64,000 nucleotides of DNA from Eledone cirrhosa. Taxonomy: Eukaryota. The translations under genes were made by a program, and so were the position numbers. Location: assembly GCA_964016885.1 (NCBI GenBank), contig OZ024740.1, forward strand, positions 108,562,001 through 108,626,000. The letters are read 5' to 3'. Below, one piece after another: positions 49,970 through 64,000 of the stretch. The first letter of the stretch is position 1, and each line of letters begins with the position of its first letter. The notes under the pieces are model-generated. The model was not told the origin of the DNA and did no database searches. It saw only the letters and a program-made list of their open reading frames with translations.

Positions 49970-50496
49970 CCTTTTTCTCAACCATATTTTTGATGAAAGA
50001 CACTGCTTATGGTTTTCAAATAACTTTTAATAATAATCAAGAATTTAGTAAGGCAGTTAACTCTCTTATTAAGGTGGTGTGCGGAACATTGCTTAAAGGT
50101 TCTTGCATAAAATTATGATGGAAGGTTTTTAGACAAGATATTAACACCTTAACCTTTTTCATACCGAACCATCTGAAACTACCCCTGATTCAATGAAACA
50201 AAACTTTTTATTCTAAAGTGTTTATATTTCTCTAAAACTCTTCCATCCTAGCTTTATGTAAGAAACTGTTGTTTCAAACACCAACTTAATAATGAGAAAG
50301 TTAATTTATATGCTAAATTCCTTCAAATTCTTGATTATTTTCAAAATCATCGACAGTAGTGTCTTTCAATAAAAATATGGTAACAAAAGGGTTAAAACAA
50401 ACAGTTTTGTATTAACCTATGCTAGTGTGGAAAATGGATGTTAAACGATGACGATGAGAACCAAGAACAATTTTAGGGGATTTGGTATCAAATGGG
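49970..50496. mobile_element. Nested piggyBac-like MITEs (inner copy 50153-50391, inverted)
   Basis: Outer TTAA-CCTTT...ATGGG-TTAA and inner TTAA-CCTTT...AAGGG-TTAA. An RTE tail lies at about 50412-50456. Confidence 0.6.
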
Positions 50497-51869
50497 TTAA
50501 ATTTAAATAAAACCTTGAACTTATGTCTAAGTTTTGAAACCTGGCACTTTATTAGTTAGTTCTAAACTGTGATACTTCTGTGCCCTCATATATAACTCTG
50601 ATATATATTCAATTCTGTGGACAATGCATAGCCAAATGGTTAAGAAGTTAACATTGCAATCATAAGATCTTGGGTTTGATCCCATTAGGTGCCATCTTGG
50701 ACACGTCATTTACCATAGCCTCAGGTTCACCTAAGCTCTATGAGTGAAATTGGTAGACAGAAATAATTTGGAAGCCTGTCAAATGAACTGTATTTGTAAT
50801 TCAAAGGAGCAGCCTTGTCACACACCGAGAATGACATTAAGGGTACACATGTCTATGGAATGTTCAGCCGCTTACATGAACTGGCTGTTTCCATTGATCG
50901 GACATTTAGAACACTCATTGTCAAAACTGATGGAGGCCCATTCCTTCCTTCCTTCTTTCTTTCTTTCCATATTTAAGTCTAGAAGTAATTCCAGTTTGAA
51001 CATGCCTAACATTGGAGAAGAGCCAAATCATCTGAAAAACTGTACTAAGATTAAAGGTTTGTCCTGCTCTACCGATATGTTAATTAAACATAGTTATTTA
51101 TTACAGGTTACCAAGTGAGATTAATTTTGACTTTTATTTTTTTTTCACTTGCTAAACCAGAGAAGTGTTTTAAGTTGGTACTCTTGGACAAGCACTTCAT
51201 GCAGCATTGGTAAGGTGTAGGTTATTGAGGTTATTGACAGTGTATTTCATTAAAAATGCGGTAACAAAAAAGTTAAAGGAAATAATATGGTTATTAGAAA
51301 GGGAGCATTTCCCAGGGATGTCATCTGCATGAAGATCATATAATTAAGTTAATGTAGTGAACCCCAAAACAATTTATAATTAATTAAAATTGATGGTAAT
51401 TGATCCTTTGTTTATTTCAACAAAGAGCATTCAGTTGTTCAATCAATTAAATGTTCAACTCATGAATTAAAGATTAAGTGGTTGAGTATTCCACAGACAC
51501 ATGTACCATTAACAAGTTAAATCAGCATAGAAATATGTGACCAGGTTGAATCTTTCAATTACAGGTACATTCCATCTGATAGATTACTATACAGCTTCTA
51601 TCAACCCAATTTCACTCCCAAGGTTTGGATCAAACAGCCTGAAACTCCTCTGGTTCTACAATACAAAACTTTGTTTTATCTAAAAATCTTCCATCATAAT
51701 TTTATGTAAGAACTTATGTCCCAAATACCAGCTTAATAATAAGAAAGTGTCTTTCATTTGAAATGTAATAATGAAAGGGTTAACCAATGTTTAGTGTTAT
51801 CCTTATCTTCTATTTTAGGAGCGCAAACAGGATTAATCATACTAAACAATATTATATATGTATGTATTA

Positions 51870-52058
51870 AGGGCGGTGGATTGGCAGTATCGGTAGAGGG
51901 TCGGACGCCATGCTTTCCAGCATAGTTACGTCTCTTTATGATCTGAGTTCAAATCCCGCCGAGGTTGACTTTGCCTTTCATCCTTACGACGGGGTCGATA
52001 AAATAAAGTACCAGTAATGCACTGGGTAATTGCTGGCCTTGTGCCTAAAGTAGAAACA
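51870..52058 (+). mobile_element. SINE family A with TSD
   Basis: Full-length copy with attatatatgtatgtat on both sides. Confidence 0.9.
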
Positions 52059-52143
52059 ATTATATATGTATGTATAATATATATATATATATATATTTTT
52101 TATTTATATATTTTTTTATTTATATATATATATATATATATAT

Positions 52144-54670
52144 AGTGAAAAATTGAACGGGAACAAAACAGAGAGGCAGTACGAACAAAGGTTTATTAGT
52201 TTCACGCTCTTGAGAGTGGGGTGGTGGTGGGGAACAACGTTTTGGGCATAAGCTCTTCTTCAGGTGAAAAGTGTGTGGGAAGAGAGTTCAAAGGGTGTGT
52301 AGGGGAGTGGTGGAGAGACATATAACAAAAAGGGGGTGAGAGGAAACGGTGCAAATGAAATTAAAAATAAAGGCATGATCAAAATAAAATTAAAATGGGG
52401 TAAAACAGGTGGTGGAAGGTGTGGGGCGTGTAGGGGTGGTGGCGGGTGGAGTGGGGAGAGGGAGACGGGGTGTCCGAGCGGGGAGGGCTGAAAGTGGTGT
52501 GTGTGTGTGTGTGTATGTGAAAGCAAGGGTTGGGGGAAGAACGGGGTTGCATGTTCAGGAAGAGGTGTGTGTGGGGTGGGGTGTAGGTCGAAGTGTGTGT
52601 CCGTGTGTGGATAGAGGGGTGGGGGGAGAGGATTCCGGAGGCTGAATGTGTAAATATGTGGTGGTATGCACGTGTGTGTGTGTGGTGTTTATGCGTGTTA
52701 TGGATGTAGGTGGTGTGTGGAATAAAAAATTTTTTGGGGTGTATGTCTGGGGGTGAGTTGTAAAGGTAATTCCGTAAAAAGATGTGGTGGAATGCTGAGT
52801 AGAATCCTGGGATGCGGTAGATTCTCGGGATCAAAGTTCACATATGTGTAATCCGTGAAGAGATTGGTCTGAAGAGGGGAGATGTGGGGTGCGCGCGCAA
52901 CAAGAAGTGGTCAGAGGGTCAAGGCAGGTGGAGGGTTGTGTGTCTGTGTGTGTGGGGAGGTGGTCAGAGAGGCATAGCAGCAGTAGGGTAGAATGGTAAG
53001 TGAAGAAAGTCGGTGTGTGCGGAGGTGCGGTGGACAGGGGAGAGGATGGGTAGGTGTGAAAGTTGGAGTGAGGAGGGGGTGTGTGTGTATTAGTAGAGGT
53101 GTTAGTGGGATGTGTGTGTGTTTGAGAAAGGGTGTGGGTGGAGCGGGGAGAGAAGGGTGTGGGGGCCGATGGAGGGAGTGTAGTGTACTGGTGTGTGTGT
53201 GCGTGTTTGGATGAGTGTGTGTGTGTGGTGAAGGGGGTGTTAGTGGGTGTTAGTATACTGGAGGTGGAGAAAGGGTTGAATGCGGGTGTGAGTGGGGTCA
53301 GTGGTGGTAGGGTGTGTAGAGTGGGTGGTGTAAGAGGGTGTGTGTGTTCGTGTGTGTAGGGTTGGGGGGTGTTAGTTGCGTGTAGAGTGCGTGGTGTAAG
53401 TGGGTGTGTGTGTTCGTGTGCTTGGGGTCAGGGGGTGTTAGTGATGTTAGTTGCGGGGTGGTGGTAGGGTGTGTGTTTAGTGTGAGCGCGTGTATATATG
53501 TACCGGTGGGTGTGTGCGTATGATAAGGAGGGGAGGAAGAAGGGAGGGATGTTAGTATGTTAGTTGGGGAAGGGTGGTCGGATGTGGGGTGGAGGTGTTA
53601 GTATTGTTAGTTGGGGGTGGGCGGTGAAAAGGAGGGGTGTGTTAGTGGTGTTAGTGGGGGGATATGTGTGGGGGAGGGGGCGGTCGAAGGCTAAAGGAAT
53701 AAGGGTGGGGAGTTCAGGCCGGGGGGAGTGTGGGTCTGTAGGGTGAAGGTGGTTCGTTGTTCGACCCTTAGGAGAGTGGCGGGTGTTCCGTGGCATTGGA
53801 GTAGGCCACAGACTGTGAGGTTGTGTGCGGAATGTCCAGGGGCACCAAAGTGGCGGGCGATGGGGGAACTACCACCGAGACGAATATCTCGGAGGTGCTC
53901 AGTAAATCTGTCCGCCAGGCGACGTCCAGTCTGTCCGACGTAAGTCGCGCTGCACTCCGTGCAGCAAAGTCCGTAGACTAGGTTGGAGGAGGTGCAGCGG
54001 AAGGCATGCCGGACAGAGAGAGAGTGGCCGTTGGGACCCTGGAAGGTGGTGGTGTTGGTGATGTGGGGACAGGTGTGGCAGCGGGGCCTAGAACCGGGGG
54101 GGGGAAGAGAGCGTGGGTTGGGGGTAGGGAGCTGTGGACGAGGAAGGTGCGGAGATTGCGCGCGCGTTTGAAGGAGGGGAGTGGTGGGGCTGGGAAGATC
54201 TGGGAGGTGGAGGCATCGGAAGAGGCAGAGGATGGAGAGGTGGTAGGTGATGGGGAAGGGGAAACGGTGGGTGGGTGTGCGGTGGCGTGGGGTGAGGGTG
54301 GTGGAGCGGTGGACAGCACGGGCGCGGGTGAGAGCGGTGTGGACGAGAGAGGGGGGGTAATCTCTGCGGATGAAATGGCTGACTAGGGAAAGGGCCTGGG
54401 ACTCAAAGTCAGCATCTCGGCTACAGAGGCGGCGGATCCTGAGGAGTTGGGAGTAGGGAATAGAGTGTTTAGTGTGTGTGGGGTGGGAAGAGGTGAAGTC
54501 GAGGTAGGAGTGGGACTCGGTGGGTTTGAAGAAGGCGGAGGTGACGAGGGAGTGGTGGGAGGGGTCGAAGGCGACGGAGCTGTCTAAGAAGTGGACGTGG
54601 GTGATGGAGATAGAGGTGGTGAAGTGGAGGGAGGGGTGGAAGGAGCAGAAGAAGGAGAGAAAGGAGTCGA
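52144..54670 (-). mobile_element. Second Neptune-type Penelope-like element, 5'-truncated, in (TA)n
   Basis: Minus frames 53691-54670 read KPTESHSYLDFTSSHP..KHSIPYSQ, FKRARNLR and VYGLCCTECSATYVGQTGRRLADRFTEH. Long CA/C-rich 3' UTR and a degenerate hammerhead at 52233-52266. Confidence 0.9.
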
Positions 54671-55109
54671 ATATATATATATTTTTTTTTTAATTTTATT
54701 ATTTTTTTTTATTGTTTCCTTATTGTTCTGATAGCTTCTCATATTTTCGAAAGTTTATCCTTTCAATATTTTGAGTTAAATATACGTAAGATAAATTTCT
54801 ATACTAAATCTATTAAACATACTATTATTTTAACTTAAAATATTCTTTAATATTTTAAAGTTACATTGCTATAACTATATTTCCAAATTGTAATATAATC
54901 CTTTTGTATTTTATGTACTCAATTATACTATGTACTGTATTGATGTATACTTCTCTCTATATGTGAGTATATATGTATATGAGTATATTGACATACATGT
55001 ACATATGTTATATGCGTTTCTATGAATATATGTGTATATAGTTAAGGGGAGTAGAAAGTAATTATTGTTGTTAAGAGAACATTGGTCAGTTCAGTAGATC
55101 TATGGTATG

Positions 55110-55400
55110 GAGGTAGCTAATCTGGCTCACAGTCATGCTGTCTCCGCTCTTTGTTCTTTCTACCACTATAACAATGGCCTCTGCTCCTTGGAGTTTGATG
55201 ATCTCATTCCACTGCCACTCAGTTATTCTCAACTTATTTGTCTCTCCTCTCACCACTCATATTGCATCTATCCCACCCCAGGGCCCACATTAAGTACTAA
55301 ACCCTGTAGTTTCTGTCCAAAATGTCATCCCTTTGGAGTTATCACCCTCCATATATATCTCTTTCTTGCAGAAGTCAAACCCAGTTTCTCATTGACAACT
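55110..55400 (+). mobile_element. Degenerate LINE (CR1/Jockey-like) ORF2 3' end
   Basis: LAHSHAVSALCSFYHYNNGLCSLE...LIP resembles LINE C-terminal regions. Confidence 0.45.
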
Positions 55401-55809
55401 TTTCTCCCTTCTTCCTACATATAATGTTTTCTTCATGGAAATCCTTTTTTCATCATGTCCTTCTGACTTGCAACACTTTATTTAACCCTTTTGATACCAG
55501 CCTCCTGAAAGCATATCTGATTCTGACACAAAACAGTCCATTTTGAAGTGTTAAAACTTTCCATCATAATTTTATCTAAGAACATGCTTGTTATAGTCTT
55601 AATATCAAGTTTATTTTGCTAAAATCCTCCAAATTCATGAATATCTTAAAAATTAATTGAAACACATCCAATGTATTTCATGAGAAATATGATAATGAAA
55701 GGGGTCCAGTAGAACACCAACAGCATTTGTGTTTGGTGTGGAGCTGTGAAGAACATGAACACTACCTCTTTCTCCAGACTTGGCAAAAAAAAAAAAAAAA
55801 ATCTAACCG

Positions 55810-56130
55810 TTTATTGGGGAGATGGATGAACTGAGGAAGAAGCTGGGTACAAGAGGAATCAGTGCAAGAGAAGAAACTGCATTGGTACATGCATGTGATG
55901 CGCTAGGATGATGACCGCTGGGTGAAAAAGTGCCAAGTAATCTCAGTGGAGGGAAGCCACAATAGAGGAAGACCTGAATGGAAGTAGTGAGAGCTGGTAT
56001 CAGATCACTAAAGCTCACAGTAGAGATGACAAAGGGACATGACAAGTGGACAGATGTACTGAGAAGGACCCATCCAACCCATGCAAGCATGGAACAATGG
56101 ACATAAAATGATGATAATGAATATGATGAT
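55810..56130 (+). mobile_element. RTE LINE 3' fragment
   Basis: Similar to 41820-42150, with a (GAT)-rich tail. Confidence 0.8.
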
Positions 56131-59100
56131 GAAGGAGAGGATGGGGTGACATTTGTCCTAAGATTTATAAATTAATACTTGTCTTTTAAATATTAATGGT
56201 GATTTAGCTGCCACTTGAAGCAGGTTGAGTAATTGCAAAAGCCTTCTCCTGGTGGTACTGTCAATGAATAAAGAGGCCAGTTGCCTGGCTTATTGGTAAA
56301 CTATGGAAGGTGTATCTGGCTATATTACTCACTTACATAGCTAGTTGGCAGTAAGTGATGTAGCTAGGTACTTAAAGAAGGAATGTAGTATTATCTAGTA
56401 AGCAAAAGATGGTGCCAATATAGTGTTAGGTCAGTAGTGAGACGTTTGCTGTCCTGGAGCCATATGCAACTCTTTAGTCTATCTCAAGTGGTTCTGAAAT
56501 AAATAAAAATTATTTGATACTAAGCTGCTTGAAACTACTCTGGACACATGATTCAAAACTGCTTTCTTTAAAATATTTATCCTTATATTAAAACCTTTGA
56601 TGATTATATTTTAGAAATTAAGTTTACTTATGAAATACCAGCTTACTAATGAAATATTTAATAATTTATTGAATTCACCAATTGTTTGATTATTTTCAGC
56701 AGAGTATTTCATTAGAAATATGGTAATGAGAGGGTTAAATTTGTAATCTTGTATTAAAACCAAAGTTCCAACTTATGACCCAGACAATGGAGCAATTTCA
56801 GATAAGATTCAAAACCAAAAATCATATTAAATAGGAAAATAGTTAGCTAAATTCATATTTTCTTGTATGTATTTGTGTTTTCAATAAATTATATGGCTTT
56901 GATAGTCTTAATAATAATAGTAATAAATATTATTATTATCATTTTTAGCTAAAAGTGACACTTCACAATGAAAAAGTTCCTCATCCCTATAATAGATTAA
57001 GAAAGAAAAGAGTAAATATGAAGACTGGATCAATAATAAATGGAACCATTGTTTCTTTATAGCATGAAAGTTAAGTGGTTAGATGAACCAGGATGTATCC
57101 ACAGCACAGCCTCCTGATTGGATCAACTAGTAGTGATAACCAATTAAACTGCTTTAATGGATACCTGAGGCCAACTTATAACTGAATGCCTTTCAGGACT
57201 TTATAGATTAATTGATTTTTGTTGATATGGTGATATGAGCTAAATAATGTAACCAGTCAATAAAACACATCCATGGCTAGTTGTTGTTGTATTTCCACCT
57301 GTCAAGAAATGGTAGATTGGCAAAATCAATAAAGCACCAGACAAAATTCCTTGCAATATTTCACTTTGGCCATTTACATTTTAAGTTTGAAACCATGTAC
57401 AAAAACTGAACATATGAACAAGATTTGGTTCCTCGATCTATCTAGTCTCAGACAGTGACAGTACATCCAATCCATTGGAATTACTGAAATCATGTAATTC
57501 ATTTGTGAGAATATTTCTCATGAAAAATATTGCTTATTATTTTCAAATGATTTTGAAAGGATTTCAACATTATAAGCAAGTGTGTATCTTAGTTTTTAAA
57601 ATAAGTAGACCATATTCCAGCATACTGTAAGAGGCAACTAAAAGGGCTGGAAAGGGCATCTACCTGTAAAACATTGTCTTAAAACATAAGTCCAACCCAT
57701 GCCAACATGGAAAATTGGGTATAAAAATGCTGATGGTGTTTAGAGCATAACTTAACAATGGTTCTTACATTAAAATGTTGATGGAATGTTTTTAGATAAA
57801 TATAAACATTGTAAAACAAAAAGTTCTGTAACAGAAACAAGGATAGCTTCAGGTGGTTTAGCAGAAAAAGATTAATGAAAAATGTTTATCCATCATGTCT
57901 GATGCAATAAAATGTTGATTGAGAGGAAAAGATTGCATGCATTGTTAGTGACATAAATATTTCACCTTCATTGGGAAATACTTATAATAGATATGTATTA
58001 AAGTTTCATTGAACCTCAACCTACAGATACATAATTTATCATTGAAATTTCTATCAGTCAGGGGAAGTCATGTAGCTACACTTCGAAAGTTCCTCTATAG
58101 GATACAAGCCTCAGTAAGGCTTTTTATGAATGGAAGACCAGCAATTGGCCATCAAAGTTTTCCTATTCTACATCACCAATGATATCCAAAGGAAAGGAAA
58201 GGGCCAATACAGGTTGGCACAAGTGTCATTGTAGTTAAACTTAGAACATAAAAAACTGGAACAAATACTACAATATTTGTCCAATGTTTCAACAATTCCA
58301 ACAATCCACTACACTGGATTCATTTTATTTTAGCAGAAAGGAAGAAAAGCAAAGTTGACCGTGACAAGATTTAAACTCAAAATATAGAATTCCACTCCAA
58401 TCCGGGGCCCTTCTCACTCCTGTTGGAGGAAACCCTCCTGGTTGACCTCCACTGCTTCTGTCTGCTACTGGTACCATGTAACCCAGTACAACCTGCTTCA
58501 TGGTCGAGTGGTCAGCAACTAAACTGGCTCCAACACCAGACCCTGGTTAAAACGGCCATCTACCCCAACTATGAGTTAAATAGCCTCACCAATCCACAAC
58601 TGGCCAAGAATGGTGAGTATGGCTACACCACTGACATAACTTAAGCTAGAATAAACGCTATGACATATTTTGCCAACCATTCTATCTGCCTAGAAGGATG
58701 AAAGCAAAGTTGATCATGGCAAGATTTGAACTCAGATTGTAAGGAACTGAAGCAAATACTACAAAGCAATACTATGATTCTATCAATCCTCCACCACATA
58801 ATTTATAACACATTCCTCCACTCCTCTAATTGTTTCAGTCATAAATTTAAATGTGTTGTTGCAGTAATAAATTATTTCATGGACGAAGCATATCTGAAGA
58901 AAAGACTTGAATCTGTTAATCTATTGGATTACTTACTGACCAGTTGTTAGAAACTTCCCTAACAACCAGACCAAACAAAAGGGAGCGGAGGGAGTCATGT
59001 AGGTGGGCCTGTTGGAACGGATTTATGAATTTGAGTGGTCTACTTGTCTTAGATACTATTTCTTTTATTCTCTAATCCTAAGTACACCATGCACCCTATA

Positions 59101-61111
59101 AGTACATGTATAAACCTATAAACTATACATAAATCATATGTATTTAGTGCTGATTATTAAAATACTTAATGAATATTTTGAAATGGGGGTTATATTTTGC
59201 ATCTGGTGAAGGCACGTGGCTTAGTGGTTAGAGAGTTGGATTTGCAATCTTGAGGTTGTGAGTTCAATTCTCAGACTGGGTGATGCGTTATGTCCTTGAG
59301 CAAGACATTTTATTTCACATTGCTCCTTCTGCCAGAAGTTGCAACTGTTAGATAGTATCAGCAATGGAAAGACCAATGGAAACATTGTTTCCTTGGTTTG
59401 ATTTGACGAGGTCCACCCTGCTCAGCAAGTGAATGAGGTCTGGGATCTTGTCAGTCAATCAGAGCGAGATTTTGCATCTTCCCTTGAACTGGGACTATTA
59501 CCAACTTAGTCAGTCTTGCTAACAACAGAAACAACAGTAGCAGGGAGATAGCTGTGTAACTATTATATTAGTATAATTACATACAGATGTATAGGACTTT
59601 TAGAAGAAGGAAAATTATAGTTGTATGTTTTAATGTTTCCATCATGCCAATTTCTACTGATAAAGTGATCTTCTTGAAACTACTGACACAGCCATGTTTA
59701 TAGAGTTAAGAAGTTCACCCCGCAAACACATAGCTTCATGGTCACTCTCACTGTGTGGCAACTTGGCCAAATGTTTATCATTGAAATTTAATTGATGGCA
59801 GAAGCCTGACATGCATGCATGCATGCACACACACACATCATAATTCAACAGTCAGCCCCACCCACCAGACACACTACACGAGTCATAAGTTAAATTCTAA
59901 CATGTCCTTAAAAATCATCTCCTGGGGCCCACTTAGTAAAACAACCAATCTGCTATAATTACTGGTATAGGGGGATGGAGGTGTGTGTGATGAACATCAG
60001 CCAGTTGCAGCATTATGTAGTTTTTATATTATTTTGTATGTATATATGTGTATGTCCATGTCTGTGTTTATGTTTGTGTCTGCGTATATAACTCATAACT
60101 TACTGGTTTAACAAAAAGAAATCGATAGAATATATACAAAACTTGAAAACCCCCCAGTAATACTGCGATAGATATGATTTACTAAATATCCACTTAAGAT
60201 GGTGCCTCAGAATGATCGCAGTCTTCAAACCAGTAAAAGAATGAAAAAATAAAAGAATAGCTCTTGATGTTATTTCAGTTCCCTTATGTTCAACTGGTGG
60301 ATTGGCAGTATTGGTGGAGCATCAGACAATATGCTTTATGGCATAGAGTTACGGCCCTTAACGATCTGATTTCAAATCCTGCTGAGGTTAGCTTTGCCTT
60401 TCATACTTACAGGGTTGATAAAATAAAGTACCAGTAATGTACTGGGGTTGATTTAGTCGATTTTCTCCTTCCCCAAAATTGTTGGCTTTGTGCCTAAATC
60501 AGAAACCAATATCTCTTTCTAATATAGCCATCAATAATTAAATTATCATTTGTTTCCATATAATTAGAGGGATTGAAAGAGTTATCCTTTTACACTTTTA
60601 CATCCATTTTTTCATGTTTTCCCATGGTTCGATAGAGTCTAGAGTTTATCCCAGTTTTATGGGTGTTAAGTCAATGAAATTACAACATACTTCCCTGAGC
60701 AGGACACCAGTCGGTACTCATTTTCAGCCGAGTGAACTAGAGTAAAGTGAAATAAAGTACCTTGCTCAAGAACACAACACCTCACCCAGTCTAGAGATTA
60801 AACCTGCAATTTTATGATTGTGAGCCGAGCACACAAACCACTTGACCAGACACCTTCACTCCTTATAATTAAATATTCAATTATCCGTTTAAAATGTTTT
60901 GGTTCATTTACCTAATTAATGCCTAATAATTAGAATTCTAAAACATTAAATTTTATAAAAAATTAATTCAAATTTAAAATAATTAAGTTCATGCAATAAA
61001 TTTATCTAAAAAAATACTGTTGGTTTTAACATCTTTATTACCATATTTCTAATGAAAACATTACCTATAATTTGGAAAATAATCAAGAATTTGCAGGGCT
61101 TTTGTAATGTA

Positions 61112-61725
61112 ATTAATTGTTTCTACTTTTGACACAAAGCCAGCAATTACTCAGTGCATTACTGGTACTTTATTTTATCCACCCTGTAAGGATGAAAGGC
61201 AAAGTTAACCTCGGCAGGATTTGAACAAAGAATGGCAAGGGCCGTAACTCTATGCGTCCGACCTTCTACCGATACTGCCAATCCACCGCCTTTTGTAATG
61301 TAATTAATGTTCTCATTATTTAAGCTGCTGAGGGATGTGGATTGGCACTAATCGGTAGAGTGTCGAACATGGTTTGTGGCATGTAGTTTCATACCTTTAC
61401 ATTTTGATTTGAAATCCTGCTGAGGTTAGCTTTGCCTTTTATCCTTACAAGTTTGATAAAATAAAGTACCAGTAATGCACTGGGGTTGATATAATTGACT
61501 TTCCCCTTCCCCAAAATTGTTGGTCTTGTACCTAAATCAGAATGGATTGGCAGTATCGGTAGAGGGTCGGATGCCATGCTTTCCAGCATAGTTACGTCCC
61601 TTTACGATCTGAGTTCAAATCCCGCCGAGGTTGACTTTGCCTTTCATCCTTACGGGGTCGATAAAATAAAGTACCAGTAATGCACTGGGTAATTGCTGGC
61701 CTTGTGCCTAAAGTAGAAACAATTA
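61112..61725. mobile_element. Cluster of three SINE-A copies (61112-61290 minus with TSD ttttgtaatgtaattaat; 61335-61540 and 61543-61725 plus)
   Basis: Shared A/B boxes, core and tail. A further copy lies at 60295-60510. Confidence 0.88.
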
Positions 61726-63270
61726 TTTAAGCTGGTGTTTGAAGCTTAACTTGATTTCATAACATCCTGTACCGCACGAAACTGCATTAGCAAAGCATTC
61801 TTGAAAAGTACAAAACAATACTATGATTGCATCACATTAAAATTTAATGTCTTTACTTTAGTTTACTGCAAATTTTCACAACAAACTGTCCACTAGTAAA
61901 GATACTAAAAACATTAGAATTAACAGACCCTGTTTCTAGAATTGTTTTGCTAAATCATAAAGTGTTGAGAGTTGAAGGTTCTAAAAGAAAATTATGATGG
62001 AAGGGTTTTAGATAAATATAAGCATTTTAAAATACACAGCTTTATATCAGGGTCTGTTTCAGGCAGTTTATTGGTTTTAAATGGGATAACGATAATTATT
62101 ATCTGAAATTCAAGTAAAATATAATAATAACATTAAGTCAATCTAAATATTTCAGAGGAAAAGGCAAAATGGGGAATAATGAAGTAGTTGAGTTGGAGCA
62201 AGTTAAAAATAGTCCCTACAATTTGGAGAAATATTGTGAGCAGTGAAAGGGGTCAAACTAAGTTCAGTTGAACAAAGAAGGTATTTTACCCTGTTGACTG
62301 TCACATTGATGAATGTAGGTTATTGTAGACCAGGTGGGTTTAATTTTTGACAGTAAAAGAGAGTCACATAGTCTTACAGCTGAAATAATTATTCTTGTGT
62401 CTGAGAATATTTAGTTGTTTTTATTTTTTTTTTATTTAAAATAAACAACTTTATATCATAGAGCTAAACCCCATTTTGTTGAAGCAGAACTGACTGGGTT
62501 TAATCAACAACCCAACCTTTGGCAGTCATATTTTATGTCAGATGTTATTTGTTAATCTTCATATCAATGTTTCCCTGTCTAAGAGATTAATCTCTGAGTT
62601 ATGTTAGATAAAATATATTTATAAAATCGCCCCCCCCCCCCCTCTCTATTATATATATATATCTAACTAGTTTAGTTAGAGGAGGAAAGGCAGCATCCAT
62701 AACACTTTTCAAGCCCCCTCCCCCCTCCGAGACAGGTAAGAAGTAGGCAGGAAGTAAGCCTCAAACCAGAAACACACACACACACACTGTAATCAGAAAG
62801 AAGGTATGTGTAAAAACTTGCTATCTTCAATAGGGTATCCTGTGCCAACCCTATAGTCATGAATGTTGGGTAATGACTAAAAGAATATGATACAAGCAGC
62901 CAATATGGGGTCCTCTGCAAAGTCTTTTGGAGTAATGTTACTCAATAGAGTGCATAGCTCATCAGAGATAAGAGAGTTGCTCTAAGTAGAGCCGCTACTT
63001 CTCCAAATTGAGAAATCACAGCTCCAATACTATGGGCATGTGGTTAGAATGTTTCAGGAAAGAATCGCTGTACAGATTCTACGGACAAAACCAACCGGCT
63101 GGAGACCCAGGGGTAGATCCTGAACAAGTTGGTTGGATAAAATCTTTGAGCGCAGCTTAATTGGAGATAGTCACTTCTGACAGGACCTGCTGGAAGGAGT
63201 GTTTGAGGACTCCGTCCCCACGACCCTGCCAAGAATAAGTGGGCAAAGAAGAATATATATATATATACAT

Positions 63271-64000
63271 GTTGGCACTCTCAGAGGTAGATCTGCTGAA
63301 ATAGCGGAGATGCTGGAGAGAAGGCAGGTGGATGTGTGCTGTGTGCAAGAGGTGAGATGGAGAGGTGCCTCTGCGAGACTAGTCGTAGGCAAGCGTCTTA
63401 GCTATAAGCTATTCTGGGTAGGTAAGGATGATGGGCTAGGGGGAGTAGGCATTTTCCTGGCTGAGAAATGGATCAATAAGACAATAGAGGTAGTTCGAGT
63501 TAGTAATCGAATAATTAAGCTTAGATTAGTTGTAGGTAGGAGACTACTGACAATCATCTCGGCCTATGCTCCCCAAGCAGGCCTAGGCAAAGATGAGAAA
63601 GACTGCTTTTATGAGCAACTTTTGCAAACAACCGCAATGACAGAGGACGGAGACATTGTTATGCTAGCAGGAGACTTCAATGGTCATGTTGGACAGCTCC
63701 AGGCTGGTTACACTGGGGTACATGGTGGGCACGGTTACGGTTCAAGAAATGAAGAAGGAGTGAGACTTCATGAATTTTGTGATGCGGGTGCATTGACTAT
63801 TTGCAACACAAACTTCCAGAAACCTGCCAATCACCTAATAACCTACAAATCTGGTGAGCACATAAGCCAGATTGACTTCCTGCTAGTTAGGCAGCGGGAC
63901 AGGCAGATAGTGTCTAATACCAAGGCATACCCTGGGGAAGAATGTACCCCACAGCATAGGTTAGTTGTTAGTGATATCTCAGTAAGCAAGAGATGGAATG
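63271..64000 (+). CDS. RTE-clade LINE ORF, N-terminal apurinic-like endonuclease; open frame running off the window, start not seen
   Basis: 243 stop-free codons: VGTLRGRS..VDVCCVQEVRWRG..GGVGIFL..IISAYAPQ..LAGDFNGHVG..NTNFQK..QIDFLLVR..QHRLVVSD. Begins at a (TA)n tract. Confidence 0.9.

Noticed and set aside
52260-54386. Gly/Val-rich and Pro/His-rich ORFs
   Set aside because: These are antisense or alternative frames and low-complexity UTR of the Penelope-like element.
58864-58950. Possible host exon (MDEAYLKKRLESVNLLDYLL)
   Set aside because: Short, ends in a stop, and has no recognisable homology or partner exons.
62156-62280. AG...GT-bounded purine-rich exon-like segment
   Set aside because: The best-looking frame has an internal stop and there is no supporting evidence from sequence alone.

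Overview
This is repeat-saturated eukaryotic (metazoan) DNA with no host protein-coding gene that I can support. The SINE, RTE-LINE and microsatellite content is consistent with an octopod cephalopod (inference). Main elements: (1) a 5.4-kb CsRn1/Kabuki-type Gypsy LTR retrotransposon (4833-10223, minus strand) with near-identical LTRs, a tRNA-Trp PBS and a frameshifted pol; (2) a 2.4-kb internally deleted LTR element (23179-25545) nested in a pogo-like MITE; (3) two 5'-truncated Neptune-type Penelope-like elements (PLEs); (4) CRE-type and RTE LINE fragments, including an open RTE endonuclease frame at the right edge; (5) many tRNA-derived SINEs and hAT, pogo and piggyBac-like MITEs; (6) a 34-bp minisatellite, a U2 snRNA fragment and tRNA-like relics. 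The most notable signal is a set of about 17 hammerhead-ribozyme (HHR) motifs, ranging from intact to degenerate and from many sequence families. Most lie in short non-coding inserts within (TA)n tracts, and several inserts are fold-back palindromes with a ribozyme on each strand. Two HDV-like ribozyme candidates also occur. All folds were assigned by eye and activity is untested. Most ORFs in the supplied track are microsatellite artefacts.
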